Origin: Takakia lepidozioides
Taxonomy: Eukaryota > Plantae > Bryophyta
DNA length: 64,000 nt
Direction of reading: 5' to 3'
Assembly (NCBI GenBank): GCA_030704615.1
Contig: CM060732.1
Location: forward strand, 52,886,001 to 52,950,000
Shown: positions 41,089-54,174 of the stretch, one piece after another
How the letters are laid out: each line of letters starts with the position of its first letter
Numbering within the stretch: the first letter of the stretch is position 1
The notes under the pieces: model-generated
Told to the model about the DNA's origin: nothing
Databases searched by the model: none
The model's input: only the letters and a program-made list of their open reading frames with translations
Translations under genes and position numbers: made by a program

Positions 41089-43450
41089 ATGAGCCATTCT
41101 CACTAGGGAGGATGCCAAACATGTTTGCAAATTCTTTTTTTCATGATGTGTTGCAAAGTTGATGAGACAATTCTAAGCACGTTCATAACTATCACGGTCG
41201 TCATCATCGCCATGAATCTTGGGAACTCGTGTCTCGGTTCACAAAACTTCATCAACGATGATGCCTTGGATCTGGGGATGCAAGATGATTGAGAGATGAT
41301 ATCCGAGTTATGGATGTCGAGAATGGAATGTTGATAGGATCTGAGAGAGATACCAGACCCAGTTGAGGTGGAAGAAGAAGAAGAAGAAGAAAGAACAAGT
41401 GAGGAGTTACGGAAGCATTGAAGCTTTGCATGGCTCTCATTATGCAATGCTCGAGTACGTACAGTGGTGAAGACTAGAGAAGGAATATTGCGGTGGTCAA
41501 GGTTTGTCGCCATCAACGCGATGATGGAACTCCATTATTACATCATCGTTGTAGGACTCGACCCAAGTGTGAGAGACGAGACTTGACTCCATATCTCAGG
41601 TCGCTGCCCACTCGTGCATCCCCCCCCCGCATTTCCTCCGCACCATCACTGTCAACCCTAAGTGCAGTTACACTCTGCAATCTTTCTTTTGCTTCCATCG
41701 CTGTCAACACTTAATAGTAGGCTGCTATATTTATTTGGGCATCACTATCACTCCACCCTCTCTAATCTTAGCTTCCTTCAATCTCCTGGGTTATCAACTC
41801 CCCATCAAGTTGGAGCAATCTTTCTTTCTTGGCCTCTAGACACCCCATCATCCTGCACCCACGGCAAGCTCATGAGAGCTGGTCTCAATCTCTCGTGGGA
41901 ACTGAGCCGCTACTTACCTTTTGTTGTTGCATGTGCAACTTCCATCGCTTTTTGTACCACCAACTCAACATGATGGGGGTGTGGTACTCATCATATGACA
42001 GAAACACCCCCATATTATTGCAGCGTCCCAAGACACAATAAAGCACGGGACAAGCCAAGCTCCCAGTTTCCAATCGAAACATCATGCAACACATGGATGC
42101 GGGTGACTTTTCATACTAGTCAAACTCTCCAGGACTACCTAGTCTGGAGGGAGGCAGCAATGAGACTCTCTGTGCGCGAGTACCTACTTACCTACTTACC
42201 CAACCCAAACCTCCTTCCCCTTTTCAAACAAAGAGTCCACGCCGAGGAAGGCGAGAGAGAGTATAGTACCCACCGCTCGGGACACACTCACACACTCACA
42301 TGCCTCTAGGTACACATACCTCCATGAATACTTGAAATGATGTGTGTACAAAGCAAAGCCATGGGACTCTGGGAGGCACGGGAGGCAACGTCAATGGAAT
42401 GTGACAATGTCCAAGAGCGTGCGGGATGAGATGGCAAAAGAGATGGGGATGGGGGTTCCAAGTGGGGCCGAGGGGGGGGGAGCAGGAGTTGGCGTGAGGG
42501 AGGGAGAAAGACGGCCGCGGACGCGACGCCGTCGACGACCGCGGAGTCCCCACTTGGGCCCAGTGGGCCCAAGTGGGCCTAGGGTGTCGGCCGGCGCCCG
42601 ACACGCGGCTGTCGGACGGGACGGAAGCGGGCGGCAACCGGCTTAGTTAGTAAGTGGTTACTAACTGCGGGGGACCGTCGACGGCGACGACTCTGACTGC
42701 GCCGTCCGTCATAATAATGCGGCAACGTGGGCCGGGCGCGCGCCAATGGCGAGCGGAGATTCCTCGCACGCTGGCCTCTGCGGGACTGGCCCCCACGAGG
42801 CGCCTGCTGCGGGCTCTGCGCGGCCGGCCTCGCTTTGCGCATCCGTGGCCATCGTCGTCCACGGCTGCGGTCAGGGATCCGGTGCTTGGGAAGAGAGGGG
42901 AGTAAAAGCGGGGGTGGAGGTAGTAATAGCCGGGAGACAAAGGTGGTGCTGATAATGGGATGGAGAGTCCCTAAGAGACTACGAGAAGAGAGGGGTGTAA
43001 TTGGATGGGAGGGGGTGGCGGAGGCGACGGCATCGGCATCGCAGGGGAGAGGCGCTGGAGAGATTAGATAAGCTTAGAGCGGAGGTAAGTAAATGAGATT
43101 GTTAAGTTATGTAAGAAGGGAAACTGGGAGCCAGTGAGGTCTGACACGAAGTTGCCCGGGTGGTGGCAGCAATAGCAAGCTGTGTAAGTGAAGGTTGGTA
43201 AGGTTGGGGGGGAGCAGCAGGGCTCGCTTCGGCATCTCGCCATCATCATCGTCGGCAGCTTTTTTGGAGCTGCAGAGGTGATAAAAATATCTAGTAAGTA
43301 GGTAGTAAACAACAGCTCAACGCAACAGCAAAAGTTGGTTGTTGCGAAGGAGGGGGACTGGCAAGGGACCGGCAGAGTGTGGTGAGGAATGGGGGATGGG
43401 GGACAAGGGGAAAGTTGCAGCTGCGACCCACCATTTATACACAGCAACTA

Positions 43451-43819
43451 GGGTAGAACACCCTATGACCGTTCATCTAAAGATGGCGGAAGATCTAACG
43501 GTGAATTTTTGTCGTTTTTACTCCGGATAAATTGATAAGATGCCCCACATCTGGGGCATCCCAACACATTTGGAAGTGCCTGATTTCATGAAATCCACAC
43601 AAAGTTATGGGGTTTCAAAGTTGAACCAATCCGAATGCTTGTGTGAAGTTTGAGCCCTATGACCACTCATATTTCTTGGGGGTTCTATCAAACAACTGTT
43701 TGCCAAGTGGCAAAAATGATCAGTCTTGGGCCCAGCCATGGTCGCTCATGCAGGCCTGACCCAAGCAATTATGAGGTGAACGGTCATAGGAACTATAACG
43801 GTCATAGGGTGTTTTACCC
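43451..43819. mobile_element. MITE (369 bp) with 23-bp terminal inverted repeats
   Basis: Left gggtagaacaccctatgaccgtt (43451-43473) and right aacggtcatagggtgttttaccc (43797-43819), one mismatch. Flanked by TA on both sides (CTAG is also compatible). Non-coding interior with internal TIR-motif copies. Confidence 0.8.
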
Positions 43820-46070
43820 TAGTCTCTTATGTATGCGCAACCATGAATCTAACATGCATGGAAAGTTGGTCGCTGAGAGAGAGGGGTTGAAGAGAGTAGA
43901 GTAGAGCTGGTCATTAATAGAGGAAGCCTTATCGCGCGAGGGCCACACAAGGAGAGGCAGGTGGCGGGGAAGCAATGTTGACCAGCGCCGCGAGCACCCA
44001 CCTCATCTGAAAGCCAGTACTGGGCACACGTGACGTGGCCTCCATTATCGGGGTCTTGTCACCTACCTACTCACTCGTGCACGCGAAAAGATACTAGAGG
44101 CAATCATACTCGCTGCTTGACTGCTTCCACTTTCCATATTTACTAGTGACTAGATGCCCATCTACACCACCTTGTCGTTCTGCAAATGTCCGAGATCAGC
44201 TTCTCTCTCACGCAAGGGTGGTAGCTTCAAGTAACCCTCGAGAGGTGAGCCTGGCGTCCAGGTTGACTATGGCAAACTGGGCTTTAAAGGGATTGTTTCT
44301 ACTTGTCTCCTCCTCCTCACTTTTTAGGCTTGAAGCTATTTCGCTGCTTTCTCTCCAGTCACCGCAGAACGTGCAGGACCCCACTTCTTAGTTCCAATCC
44401 AGGCAAGCTTTAATCTCTCATCAAAGATCGAATAGAAGTGGTGCTTAAGCTGTTCAGAGGTTTCTGGGTCAAAGCTACTGGACTTGACTGAGGTGAGCCG
44501 TGTGGCACGCCAACAGATGTGGACACAATTATTGCTGATAAGATCACTCCGAGAACACTGATTAGTGCGTCATCAACCGAACTACTGTGTGAATCGCAAA
44601 CTTATCGTCATTTTTTTTAATGCAAGAAGACCACTAGTGCATATCCCTCCCTTCCTGCTTGGTACATAATGGGGTTTCACTAGCGGTCAGCACTTCAGCA
44701 GAACAAGTTGCCGTTCAGCTTAAGTTAAAGGACCGGAGGAACAGCATTGCCGAGAAAGGGATCTTCAGTTATATGGCTTTTGTCTAGACATGTTGTGAAG
44801 GTTTTCTCCCAGGCCTGCATGCACATCTGACTGTAATGCATTTTTCTGAATTTGAATGCTCGCATACCACAACTGGTCAGGAAGGCAACTACAAAGCCAA
44901 ATATCACACACCGGAGTCAGACGTAGTACATTGCTGCCTACCATGCAAGCTCGACTAGATTAAGAGGGAAAATGGAAATGGGTGGGTGGAAGAGATGATC
45001 AGCATCTGCAATCCAACACACTTCCAGAAATCAGTGCAGACCGGAAGAAGAGATGACACCGGCTCTGTGGTCCTTTTAGGGCCCTCTCACACAGGTTGGC
45101 AAAGCAATGCAAAAACATGTGGCTCAGGCTGTTTTGACATGCATGCTTTCCCCTTCTTCTAGTCTGTAGCTTGACTGCAGGTGTTGTTTCACCACCTTTC
45201 GCAATCCATCACAGATTCAAGGCTTCTCAGACAAGTGCCACATGCACTTGCGAGAACATCTATGAACCGAGTCCTCTGAAACTCCCCATTAGTTCAATTC
45301 AAATGGCCACTGGAAAGCTACTGCCTCAATCTCCTAAATTGCTAAACGATATACAATCTTTTTAGAAAGGGATCCTACAGAGTACAGATTGGACATGCAG
45401 GTGGGCGGCTCAACATAGAAAAACTAGCTGGTTCCAAAGAGGGTGGTGCACAAATCCAACTCGGTTGAAAGATGTTATTAAGACATGACTGCACGGATGC
45501 CCTCATGTGACACAATAAAAGAATGACCCCTACTTAATCCTACTGAACAACTTCCTCTATACTTTTTCTAACCTTTGGACCCATTGGGCCAATGAATTTA
45601 AATAATTAAGACGTCCCGGGGGAGGGGGAGTGGGGTGGGGGAGGCTGAAGAACCCAGGCAATTATGGGGCTGCAATAGAGGCAGATGCATACTACAGCCA
45701 TGCCTGGCACAGGCCCTGCTGGCTGAACCATTCAAGCCATCCCCACATGCACGATGCTTTCACAGCATCTTATTGCTTAGTTGCACTGCACAATGGCATC
45801 GGGCCCTCACTTGCCGGGTGAACGTTGCACAGCATCTCTTATACCCACATCTGACCTCAGCCATGTTCTTGTTTTGTAACGTATGCCATGTATGGCAAAA
45901 ACTGCCTATTTGATACAATTTCTCAATCTGAGAGAAGCTGCCTGCCACCTTTGATACCCCAACAGGCAGTGTGACTGATGCTATTATGTGCACACCCTAC
46001 AAGAGTGAGACATCAGACCTGAGAAAGGCGGCAGAATACCAAATATACACACCCAGCGCAGTACAAGATA

Positions 46071-47777
46071 CTATTGGGAGCTGGTAGGGTCATCGCCACT
46101 ATCGCCTTGTTGATGACCTGAGCCCATGGACTGATGATCAGGATTTAAGTTGCGGCTGTATGCATTCAGCGCTGCCAACATCCCTAAATGTCCCTCACCG
46201 CCCAGACCAAGCCCCGTGCCTGGTAGTTGTTGAGACCCTTGCTGCAGAAGCATAGAGCCAAGGGGCATGTGGTGGGTCATATGACTGCCCTGTAGCTCAA
46301 GTCCCATTCCTCCCTGTAAATTGATCCGAGGCATCAAAGTGACCCCGCCCGGCACCACAGATGCCGTCATGGGCATCATGGGATTGCTAGACGTTGGCAG
46401 ATTGCCTCCCCCGCCACCGCCAGTGCCTAGCTGAATGGACGTGCCCGCAGAAGCCATGCGGTACTGGCCTGCGGATGGAAATGTCCATATCTGCTGCTCT
46501 GATGGGCCGGCCATCACACCCGGAGTGGAGGAGCTGGCGCTTACAGGAAGCATCCAAATGGTGCCGGGCATTGCCCCACTGCTGGACACACCTGCCACGG
46601 CCGGAGCCACAGCCCACATTGCAGGAAAGTTTGATGAACCGCCTCCTCCCTGCTGCATAGACTGCCTGGCAGTAGTGCGCACTGGCCTTACTGGTTCTGG
46701 GTCGTCCTTGAGTCGACTGAGAGGACCTCCTCGTGGCCTTTTCCGTAATCTGCTATCTGATGAGTCCATGCCTTCCCCCACATCCGAGGGTCCCCCTACC
46801 ATCCCTTCGTGATGCTGCTGAAACCCTGCCATTATATCATGGCCCATGCCGGGATCTCCGTGGCCCATCCCCCCACCCACTCTGCGACTAGCCTCCATGG
46901 CTCTAGTTGCCTCCATTACCCGTTCCTCCGCGCTGGCACCCCAATCACTCCTACTACGTACTTGCTCCTGCATACGTGCGCTCGCCATCTCGGCCTCCGA
47001 GGGCCCACCCATTCCTCCCAAGCCCATGCTGCTGTGCAGACCTGCTGCCCTTCCTGCAGCTGCGGCCGCCATGCCCGCTGAGCTACGTAGCGGCCCGCCT
47101 ATCGATGTGGAGAGAGCCGGCACAGTGCCAGTGCCCGTAGCTTGGATGATGGCGGGCTCTGCTTGCTGCAGCAACCATTCAATAGTCTCCCCATCTGACT
47201 TGTGTCCCAGTTCACGAGTGAGCTGGAAAATGCGCGCAGCACATGATGCTGGCATGCGTATGCGGCGACCGCGGCCATCAACCTTAGTGTGCCGATCCTT
47301 GGTAGACGAACGCTTGGGTGGCTGCTTCTTCCCCGTAGTCCCCTCCCCCGACCCGCCTGCCAGTGCCTCCTGCTGCCCACGAGGCATAGACATGCTGCCC
47401 ATAGCACCTAATGCCCCACTAGATTGTCCCTCACTACCACCATACTCCTGTCCCATGCCCGCCATGGCCAGAGTTGCATCTACCTGCGAGGATCCTGCCC
47501 CGCCTATGCCCTGTCCACCCATTGCTGCCATAGCTTGGGCCAGCGCGCCTGCATTCAAGTGCGACCCCTGCTGCTGCTGCTGTTGTTGTTGCTGTTGTTG
47601 TTGTTGTTGCTGTTGCTGTTCTAGCTGTGCGCGTGAGGACGGATAGACTAAGCCCCGTGCCTCTGCCTGATACTGCTGCACAAGTTGTGGAGTCAAACCT
47701 GTGTCGGAGCTTCCCCCTCCTTGACCAGAGTCTCTTTGTGAATCTGATTTGGAGTGGCCATGCCCGCCAGACTCCAT
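46071..47777 (-). CDS. Class I (TCP-P) TCP transcription factor, intronless CDS with polyQ tract
   Basis: TCP domain [62 protein letters not shown]; C-terminal [16 protein letters not shown] at 47777. The upstream GTG start lies in a probable 5'UTR intron (47881-47809). Confidence 0.96.
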   Translation of the reverse strand: MESGGHGHSKSDSQRDSGQGGGSSDTGLTPQLVQQYQAEARGLVYPSSRAQLEQQQQQQQQQQQQQQQQQGSHLNAGALAQAMAAMGGQGIGGAGSSQVDATLAMAGMGQEYGGSEGQSSGALGAMGSMSMPRGQQEALAGGSGEGTTGKKQPPKRSSTKDRHTKVDGRGRRIRMPASCAARIFQLTRELGHKSDGETIEWLLQQAEPAIIQATGTGTVPALSTSIGGPLRSSAGMAAAAAGRAAGLHSSMGLGGMGGPSEAEMASARMQEQVRSRSDWGASAEERVMEATRAMEASRRVGGGMGHGDPGMGHDIMAGFQQHHEGMVGGPSDVGEGMDSSDSRLRKRPRGGPLSRLKDDPEPVRPVRTTARQSMQQGGGGSSNFPAMWAVAPAVAGVSSSGAMPGTIWMLPVSASSSTPGVMAGPSEQQIWTFPSAGQYRMASAGTSIQLGTGGGGGGNLPTSSNPMMPMTASVVPGGVTLMPRINLQGGMGLELQGSHMTHHMPLGSMLLQQGSQQLPGTGLGLGGEGHLGMLAALNAYSRNLNPDHQSMGSGHQQGDSGDDPTSSQ

Positions 47778-49619
47778 GTAACTACTACTAGTCCCCTCTA
47801 AGCGAAGCCTGCACACGGCTTTGGAAGCGTGGCTGCCAGCCTTCTTCTAAACCAACCCAACATTCAGATGAGATTGCGTACCTGATCGTCACTTCTAGGT
47901 GAAAGCTAAGGCACGCCCCGCAGCAAGCTCATGCGGCAATGGTAGGCACACCTCCACCGTGCGCCTCACACCCCCTCAGCTATGGCGTCCCCCATGCAGC
48001 TCCTGCTTTCCCATCGATCCCCTACCCCCCTACCCCGTCCCCCCTGCTCTATGTAACCATCTTCCTCGCGCCATCCTACCTCCCCTAGGGCAGCACCCCT
48101 GCCCAGTCCTCACTCTACCATCACGCTCATCCCACCCCACGCACCACTCCTCACTCCACCATTCCTCCTCCAACTCCCCCGCATCACTACCAAAATCTCT
48201 TCCCCCTCCTCCTCACTCCCCTCCTGCCAAACGGGATGCAGGCCCCGCAGGCCCACAAATTCAAAAAGGAGTATGCACCACACTGAAAAAGCCCACCCCT
48301 CCCTGCTCTATCAGCACTCAACGGCATCTACTGAGCCCCTCCCGTATAAGAGAGCCCCTCCCCAACCCGCCAAGAAAGGATGCCGACATGGTCGGGCCCA
48401 CCCTTGCGCTATCTCGCGCTGTCTCCCCTGACGCTGCCTCGGGACGCACTCACTCCACTACATACTCTGCTCTCTCTGCGAACACCTCCTCTCCCTCCCG
48501 CCAGCAACCCCTCCCTCCCTCCCTCTCCCGGGACTCTCCCTCCCTCCCTCTCTCCTCTCTCTCCCTCTCCCTCTCCCTCTCCCTCTCTATCTCCCATCAC
48601 TCCCGGCCCCTCTCCCCATCTTCTCTCACACTGTCGCCCGCCCTGCGCCCCGCAGGTGGGCCCGCGCAGCTCGCTGCCTGCCTGCCTCCATCGTCGTCTC
48701 TCTCCCTCCGCAATCAGTCACTGACCCGCGCCCCGCCCAACCGGGCCCGCATCCGGGCCCCGCACGCGCGCAGCCAATTTCTCGTCCCCCCCCTCGCTCA
48801 CCCTTCACGACTTACCCCGCGCGAGTCACCAGTCACCAGTCACCGGGCCGGGCGTGGCAGCCCGGCCCGGCCGGGCGCCCGGCCCGATGCACGCCCCACT
48901 GCACGTGCGCGCATGTGGCCCTGCGGCCTCTCCGCTGCCCCTCCTTTCGCTGCCCCACTGCCACCTGGCTAACCCCACTCACTAACCGCCTCACTAACGG
49001 GTCGCATTAGTGAGTTTCTTAACCTCCTCCCACTTTCTGTGGAGTGCGAAATTAACTGGCTTTTAACCTCACACTTATTACGTCCCATTTATTAGTATTA
49101 TTATAAATATCCTTCTCGTCCTTTCCTTTTTTGGGAGTTGCAAATTGGGGTTGTTTTTTGCCCCTGTATTATTACATTATTACCTCCCTCCCAGCTACTC
49201 CGCGCCTATTTTGGGCTTTCCATTTTGGAGTTTGGGGCTACAATCCCCATTTTTCTTTTTTGCTAATATTCCCTACCTACTGTGGCTCGTTGTGAGGGTT
49301 GATTAATTCACCGAGGAAATTGACTTTTTGTGAGTGAGGGCGTGTTCCGGTGTCGTTCCAGAGGCTTCCGTCGACTTTTGGTCGCGTGAAAACGGAGAGA
49401 CAAGAGCACGAGGCGGGCAGCGCAAGGCGCCAAGGCGCGCTGCATACTTTACACCGCACCCGCCTCGGCCCGCGTGCCCTTTTGACTTGCTGGCCCAGCC
49501 CCGCAGCGTTGGGCTGCGTGCCCTCCATTTTACCGGCCTGCACCGCCTTGCCCGCTCTTATATCCGGAATGCCTCAATGGCCGCCCGAGATTGTTCCGAT
49601 ACATAGGTGTTCTGCCTTC

Positions 49620-50310
49620 GCGGAATGTTATGACTCCCAGTAGAATTGTATACTATGTGTTCGAACTTGGTGGAATGTCATGGCTCGTGGAATCGGTCGT
49701 CGTTGTGCATTGTAACTCGACGGAAGGTCAAATGATAAGTAGAACCGGTCATTGAGTGATAGTTCGTATTATGTGTTATGCGTTAGCTTGGTGGAATGTT
49801 ATGACTCGGCCTTGTCGTGGTTATTTTCTTTACGACCTTCTGTTGATTCCGTCGCATCCCACCTTTGGAGGAGACATAATTATTATTATTATTATTATAA
49901 ATCCGTCATCAAATGATAGTTCGTATTTGATGTGTTCTAGCCTGCTGGAATGTTGTGACTCGTAGAATCCGTCCTTGTCATGGTTATTTTTTCCACAACC
50001 CTCTTCATGGAAATTCAAGGGCTTACATCCCACCTTTGGGGGGGGGGGGGGGGGGTGAGAAAAAAAAAAAACTGCATTGAATGATAGTTCGTACTTGATG
50101 TGCTCTAGCTTGGTGGCATGTTATGAAGCATAGAATCCGCCCTTGTCATGGTTATACTTAGTTTCCACGACCTTCTCTTCATACAATTCAGGGGCTTCCA
50201 TCCCCTTATGGAAAGAGAAGAAAACTAGAACCCGTCGTCGAATGATAGTAGAACTGGTCGTTGTATGATAGCTCCGTATTTTATGTGGAGTTCTAACTTG
50301 ACGGAACTTA
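49620..50310. repeat. Degenerate tandem array (~130-170-bp units) with polyG/polyA run
   Basis: Recurrent 'tgatagttcgta.t.gatgtg.tctagcttggtggaatgttatgactcgtagaatccg.ccttgtcatggttat' at ~49757, 49913 and 50082, with partial copies at 49622, 49666 and 50241. Confidence 0.75.
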
Positions 50311-50820
50311 TCACGTTAGGACACAGACAAGGGTATAACTATAAAGAAAAATAAAAAACTGCGGTCCATCGTGGACATGTTGCAGTCAGACTGTGTCACC
50401 GATGGGCATTTTTACTCGAGATGCTAAAAATACGAAGACAAGTGAAATATAATGATACTATTCGCGGGACAGGAGGAGAGTCAGGTTCCGCTATTACATA
50501 ATTGACGGTATGATTAGGAGAGGTAACTGGCTTTTCAGTGTTTTGATTGGCATCCTTGCAGGCCTCACCACTATTCCATCTGCGGCTCTTCATGTATTTA
50601 TATTATTTTCGTCTCATTTTCTGGTTGAGAGTGCCGTCCAGTCCACCCAAAAGACCAAAAAGACTCCAGTCTTTTACAAATTGCATACTCCGAGCCATGC
50701 ACTTGCGAAGTGCAATTGGCACCATAATCCCAGCGGCATGAACGGCGCAAACCATTAATCCTTAAATCACATCCTGGCTCTATGGTTACCAGTGAATGAG
50801 AATGTGCCAGCCGGAACCAG

Positions 50821-51064
50821 GCATGTGTCGACTATGAGAAGGTGCTAGCCAGAAATGAGCACCTCCAGGCTAGTTCTTTAGTCGACACATGCACATCGCC
50901 CTCAATCGCAGTAAGTACCACTGTGCGCCATATCCCCAAACATGACAAAAAACTTGCGCGCAACAACAATTACCAAAAACTAAAGATCCACTTAACGATC
51001 GTCTCTCCAAACATGACAAAAAACTTGCACGCAACAATGATTACCAAAATCTAACAATCCACTT
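50821..51064. repeat. Hairpin (50821-50892, 14-bp perfect outer stem) followed by ~60-bp direct repeat (~50936, ~51007)
   Basis: gcatgtgtcgacta...tagtcgacacatgc; ccaaacatgacaaaaaacttgc.cgcaacaa..attaccaaaa occurs twice. Confidence 0.7.
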
Positions 51065-51426
51065 CATGTCCGATTACTACTAACCAAGTAAGCGACCATT
51101 CTTCCCCCGGGGCCCATCCGGCCATCCCAATGCACCCAAAAAATCTGTAATGGGTCCCCAGAACGGCTTGTCACAATATTGACGGTAAGCTTAGACGTAT
51201 GTTGTCATAACTTGAGGGTCCATGTCACAATTCCGATAGGGCCCCCCACTCAATCCATTGCCGGGTAAGGAAAAGGAGTCTGTTTGTTGCTGTCTCCACC
51301 AGTGGGCTAAACTAGTCATATTATTCAACACATGTGCTTCACACTTTTGCTGTTTTAGACTTCAGATTTTAGATTTTAGATAACGTGACCCCACTCTTCC
51401 AAGTGTTCAAGGCCCTTCAATTCTCC

Positions 51427-51747
51427 GGGCCCACCCCCCCAAACCAAGGGCTGTGGTTTTGCTAAGATGCATTTTTATGTAGACCCTAAGCTTGGTTGGG
51501 TGTGAGTGTTAATGGGCCGGCCCTACGATTCCCCGGGCCCACCCCGGGATGCCCAACAATGATTTTGAATGCCAAAGTTGATGGGATTGATGGGTCCGCA
51601 CTGTTCAGTTGCCCATAATGACGTCCCAACCCTTGGATTCTTTGGGCCCACCCGGCCCCACCCTCATCTTGATGGACCCTCCCACGGTTTCCTGTCACAC
51701 CCAAATGCCTCCGTCTACGGCCCGACCCTGTGATTCTCTGGGCCCAC
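51427..51747. promoter_or_regulatory. Cluster of four GGGCCCAC class I TCP binding motifs upstream of the TCP gene
   Basis: Exact GGGCCCAC at 51427, 51535, 51644 and 51740. Function is inferred only. Confidence 0.4.
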
Positions 51748-51999
51748 CTCACCAACATTGTAAACTGGTGCCTGGAGAAATATATACCACGATATAGGCC
51801 AAGTAATGAGGGTTTATTATTTAATTTTTTATTTTAAAAATTATATATATTACGATATTTAATTCAAGAATTAAAAAAGGGTTACTTTTTCTCTTTAATT
51901 TTTATTTTATTTATTTAATTTTCAATACTCGCAAGGTTGCATATATAGTACAAATCGGTAGACAGATATGGGGCTGTAATAAAACAAAAGTTTTGCACA

Positions 52000-52212
52000 T
52001 CAGCTGGTAGCTCAGCTGGTAAGTGCACGTGTGTCGCCCGGGTGGTTCGGGGTTCAAACCCGCTGCCCTGCCCCGTGTGCGTGGATTGTTCGTGACCGGT
52101 TGGTCTGGTGGTGACGTTTCCCACCCGTGTGCCTAACGGCTTATCTGAAAGGGGGTTAATTTGTCCCCCTCCTCAAGGGCCTGAATTGTGAGCAGTGGCT
52201 CCAAGGTTTCAT
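52000..52212 (+). mobile_element. tRNA-derived SINE-like element
   Basis: Pol III A box tagctcagctgg (~52008) and B box ggttcaaaccc (~52050), with no tRNA acceptor-stem closure. GC-rich body is embedded in AT-rich flanks. Confidence 0.7.
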
Positions 52213-54174
52213 TTTTGAGTAAACAAATAAAAAATAAGAATAAATTTTTTTAAACATGGAATATTTTTTATTTCACATTTACTGCAAGCTTTCGTGTCAT
52301 TTATTTGCAAGCTCTATTTTATTTTTATATAGGCTAATAATAAGTATTAAACATGGGTTGGTTTTCAATTCTCAATTTTTACAGAGATTATACCTATATA
52401 TTTTTATTGTAAATTAACACAAAATTTTAGTTTCTCAATTTTTGCAAGATTTTAAATTCTTAATATTCCTAAAACATATATATGTATATATAAATATCTG
52501 ATGATATAGGCTTTTTAGAAAGGAAAAAGTTGAGAACATGGGTCGGGTTTTTCATCAATGTTTGCAAGCTTTCATTTTCCACAATGAATGCAGCCCCCGA
52601 CCATTTAAGAAGGACAGCTGAAGTCAAGCAACTTTGTATGGGAATTACAGTTATAGTTATTGACCTTATTTACGGAGCTGCATTATGTCACAAATACAAC
52701 TTAATTCAATTTTACGTTCAAAAGACACGGATTTGAAATTTGAAATTAAAATTAAAATTAATTTCCGAAGCTCAAAAACAGGAAGAAATTCCCGTCACTT
52801 TTGCCCCCAATAACTATCTCATCATATGTGAGATATGCTTTGATGATATATTTCCAAAAGGACCATTATGCCTTCCTCCGAAGCAGGTACTATATCCACT
52901 CCTCCGTTGACCCCTCAACCAAATACCTCCTCCCAGGTTTGAGCCCACAACCGCTTCGTGCAAAGCCATAATTGGGGGCACGTACGCTCTAGATCTCGTG
53001 CGGCAGCCTAGATCGCGGGCTTACCACCAACCGACCCCTCATTCATCCAATCAACGTAAACAAACCGTTCATCATCCGTTCGCATTCATCCATGTGTCTG
53101 TCTCGTTTGGATGAATGAACAATGGCAGCGGCCGGCGGGAGACACGAGATGTTCCGTCCGACCGTCCGGACGTAGTTCGGCCGATCCGATAAATCCGTAG
53201 GCCTTTTGCAGGTAATGCGGACGGTGGGGTGGGCCCGGAGAATCGTAGGGTTGCAGCCAGAACGGCACAACCGACAAGCGATACGTATGGAATACGTGAG
53301 GAGGGTATACGGAGCCTGCTTTACTTGATGTTTTCCACACACGCAAGTTTGGTTGCTTCTAAAGTGCGTCGCGATGATCCCCGGATCGATCCACCCCCTG
53401 CCTTCAGATCTCCAACTGTGAAATCTGTCTCATTGCACTGTTCCGTTCTTGCAGACCGGATCATTCAAGACCAAGTTCTAGATGCATTCCGTAATGTAGT
53501 TATGTATACAAAAGCAGGATTTGAAAGAACTTAGCTCACAGGGATGAGAAGACAAAGAAGCACCAGCTAAGTGAAAATTCGGAAATACTTTGTACATGGA
53601 AAACTGACGATATGTGGGCGCAGACAAATTACAAAAACTGGAAACCCAGTCATATCTGCGAGGAGAACATAAGTATTTACAATCCGGAAGTCTCCGTAGC
53701 CTTGCTTCGATGCGAACTCTGATCTCAGCATCGCTAGTGAATTCGTCAAGGAATCAGCTTAACAAGAAGCCCAGTGCATCCGTGAAATCCGCATCTTTGT
53801 CGGCAGTCCCGAAAGAGGGTGGGGCTAATGGTGCGGAACAAGATGTGTGTCGAAGTAGCTAGGGAACTGTAGGAAATATCTGGAAATAGAACTACCCTAC
53901 CACACATTTGAGAACGAGTCATTTGTAGGACCCCACTTCTCATTCAGCCTTCCTTGAATGGCAATTGACGTCACCTAGCAACGCTGCATGCAATACGAAA
54001 AAGAGGAGAGTTCTTCTGAGTCGAATCTGGTATGAGCACATCCAATCTAGAATGCCTGAGATCAGGGAGGGTGGTTTGAAACTGTTGTCTGTGTGCCATT
54101 GGGCATATGGAATATCAAAAACCAAAGAGGTTTTTGACTGTTGCAAAAGCGACTGTGAGTTCTAATGATAAGGG

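Noticed and set aside
46846-47646. 266-aa poly-Cys ORF on +
   Set aside because: Antisense shadow of the TCP CDS and its polyQ tract.
47899-48972. 357-aa Pro/Ser-rich ORF on +
   Set aside because: Low-complexity antisense reading of the TCP 5' leader/promoter, with a GTG start and no domain.
52000-52075. tRNA gene
   Set aside because: A and B boxes are present, but there is no proper acceptor/anticodon stem and the element continues as a SINE-like body.
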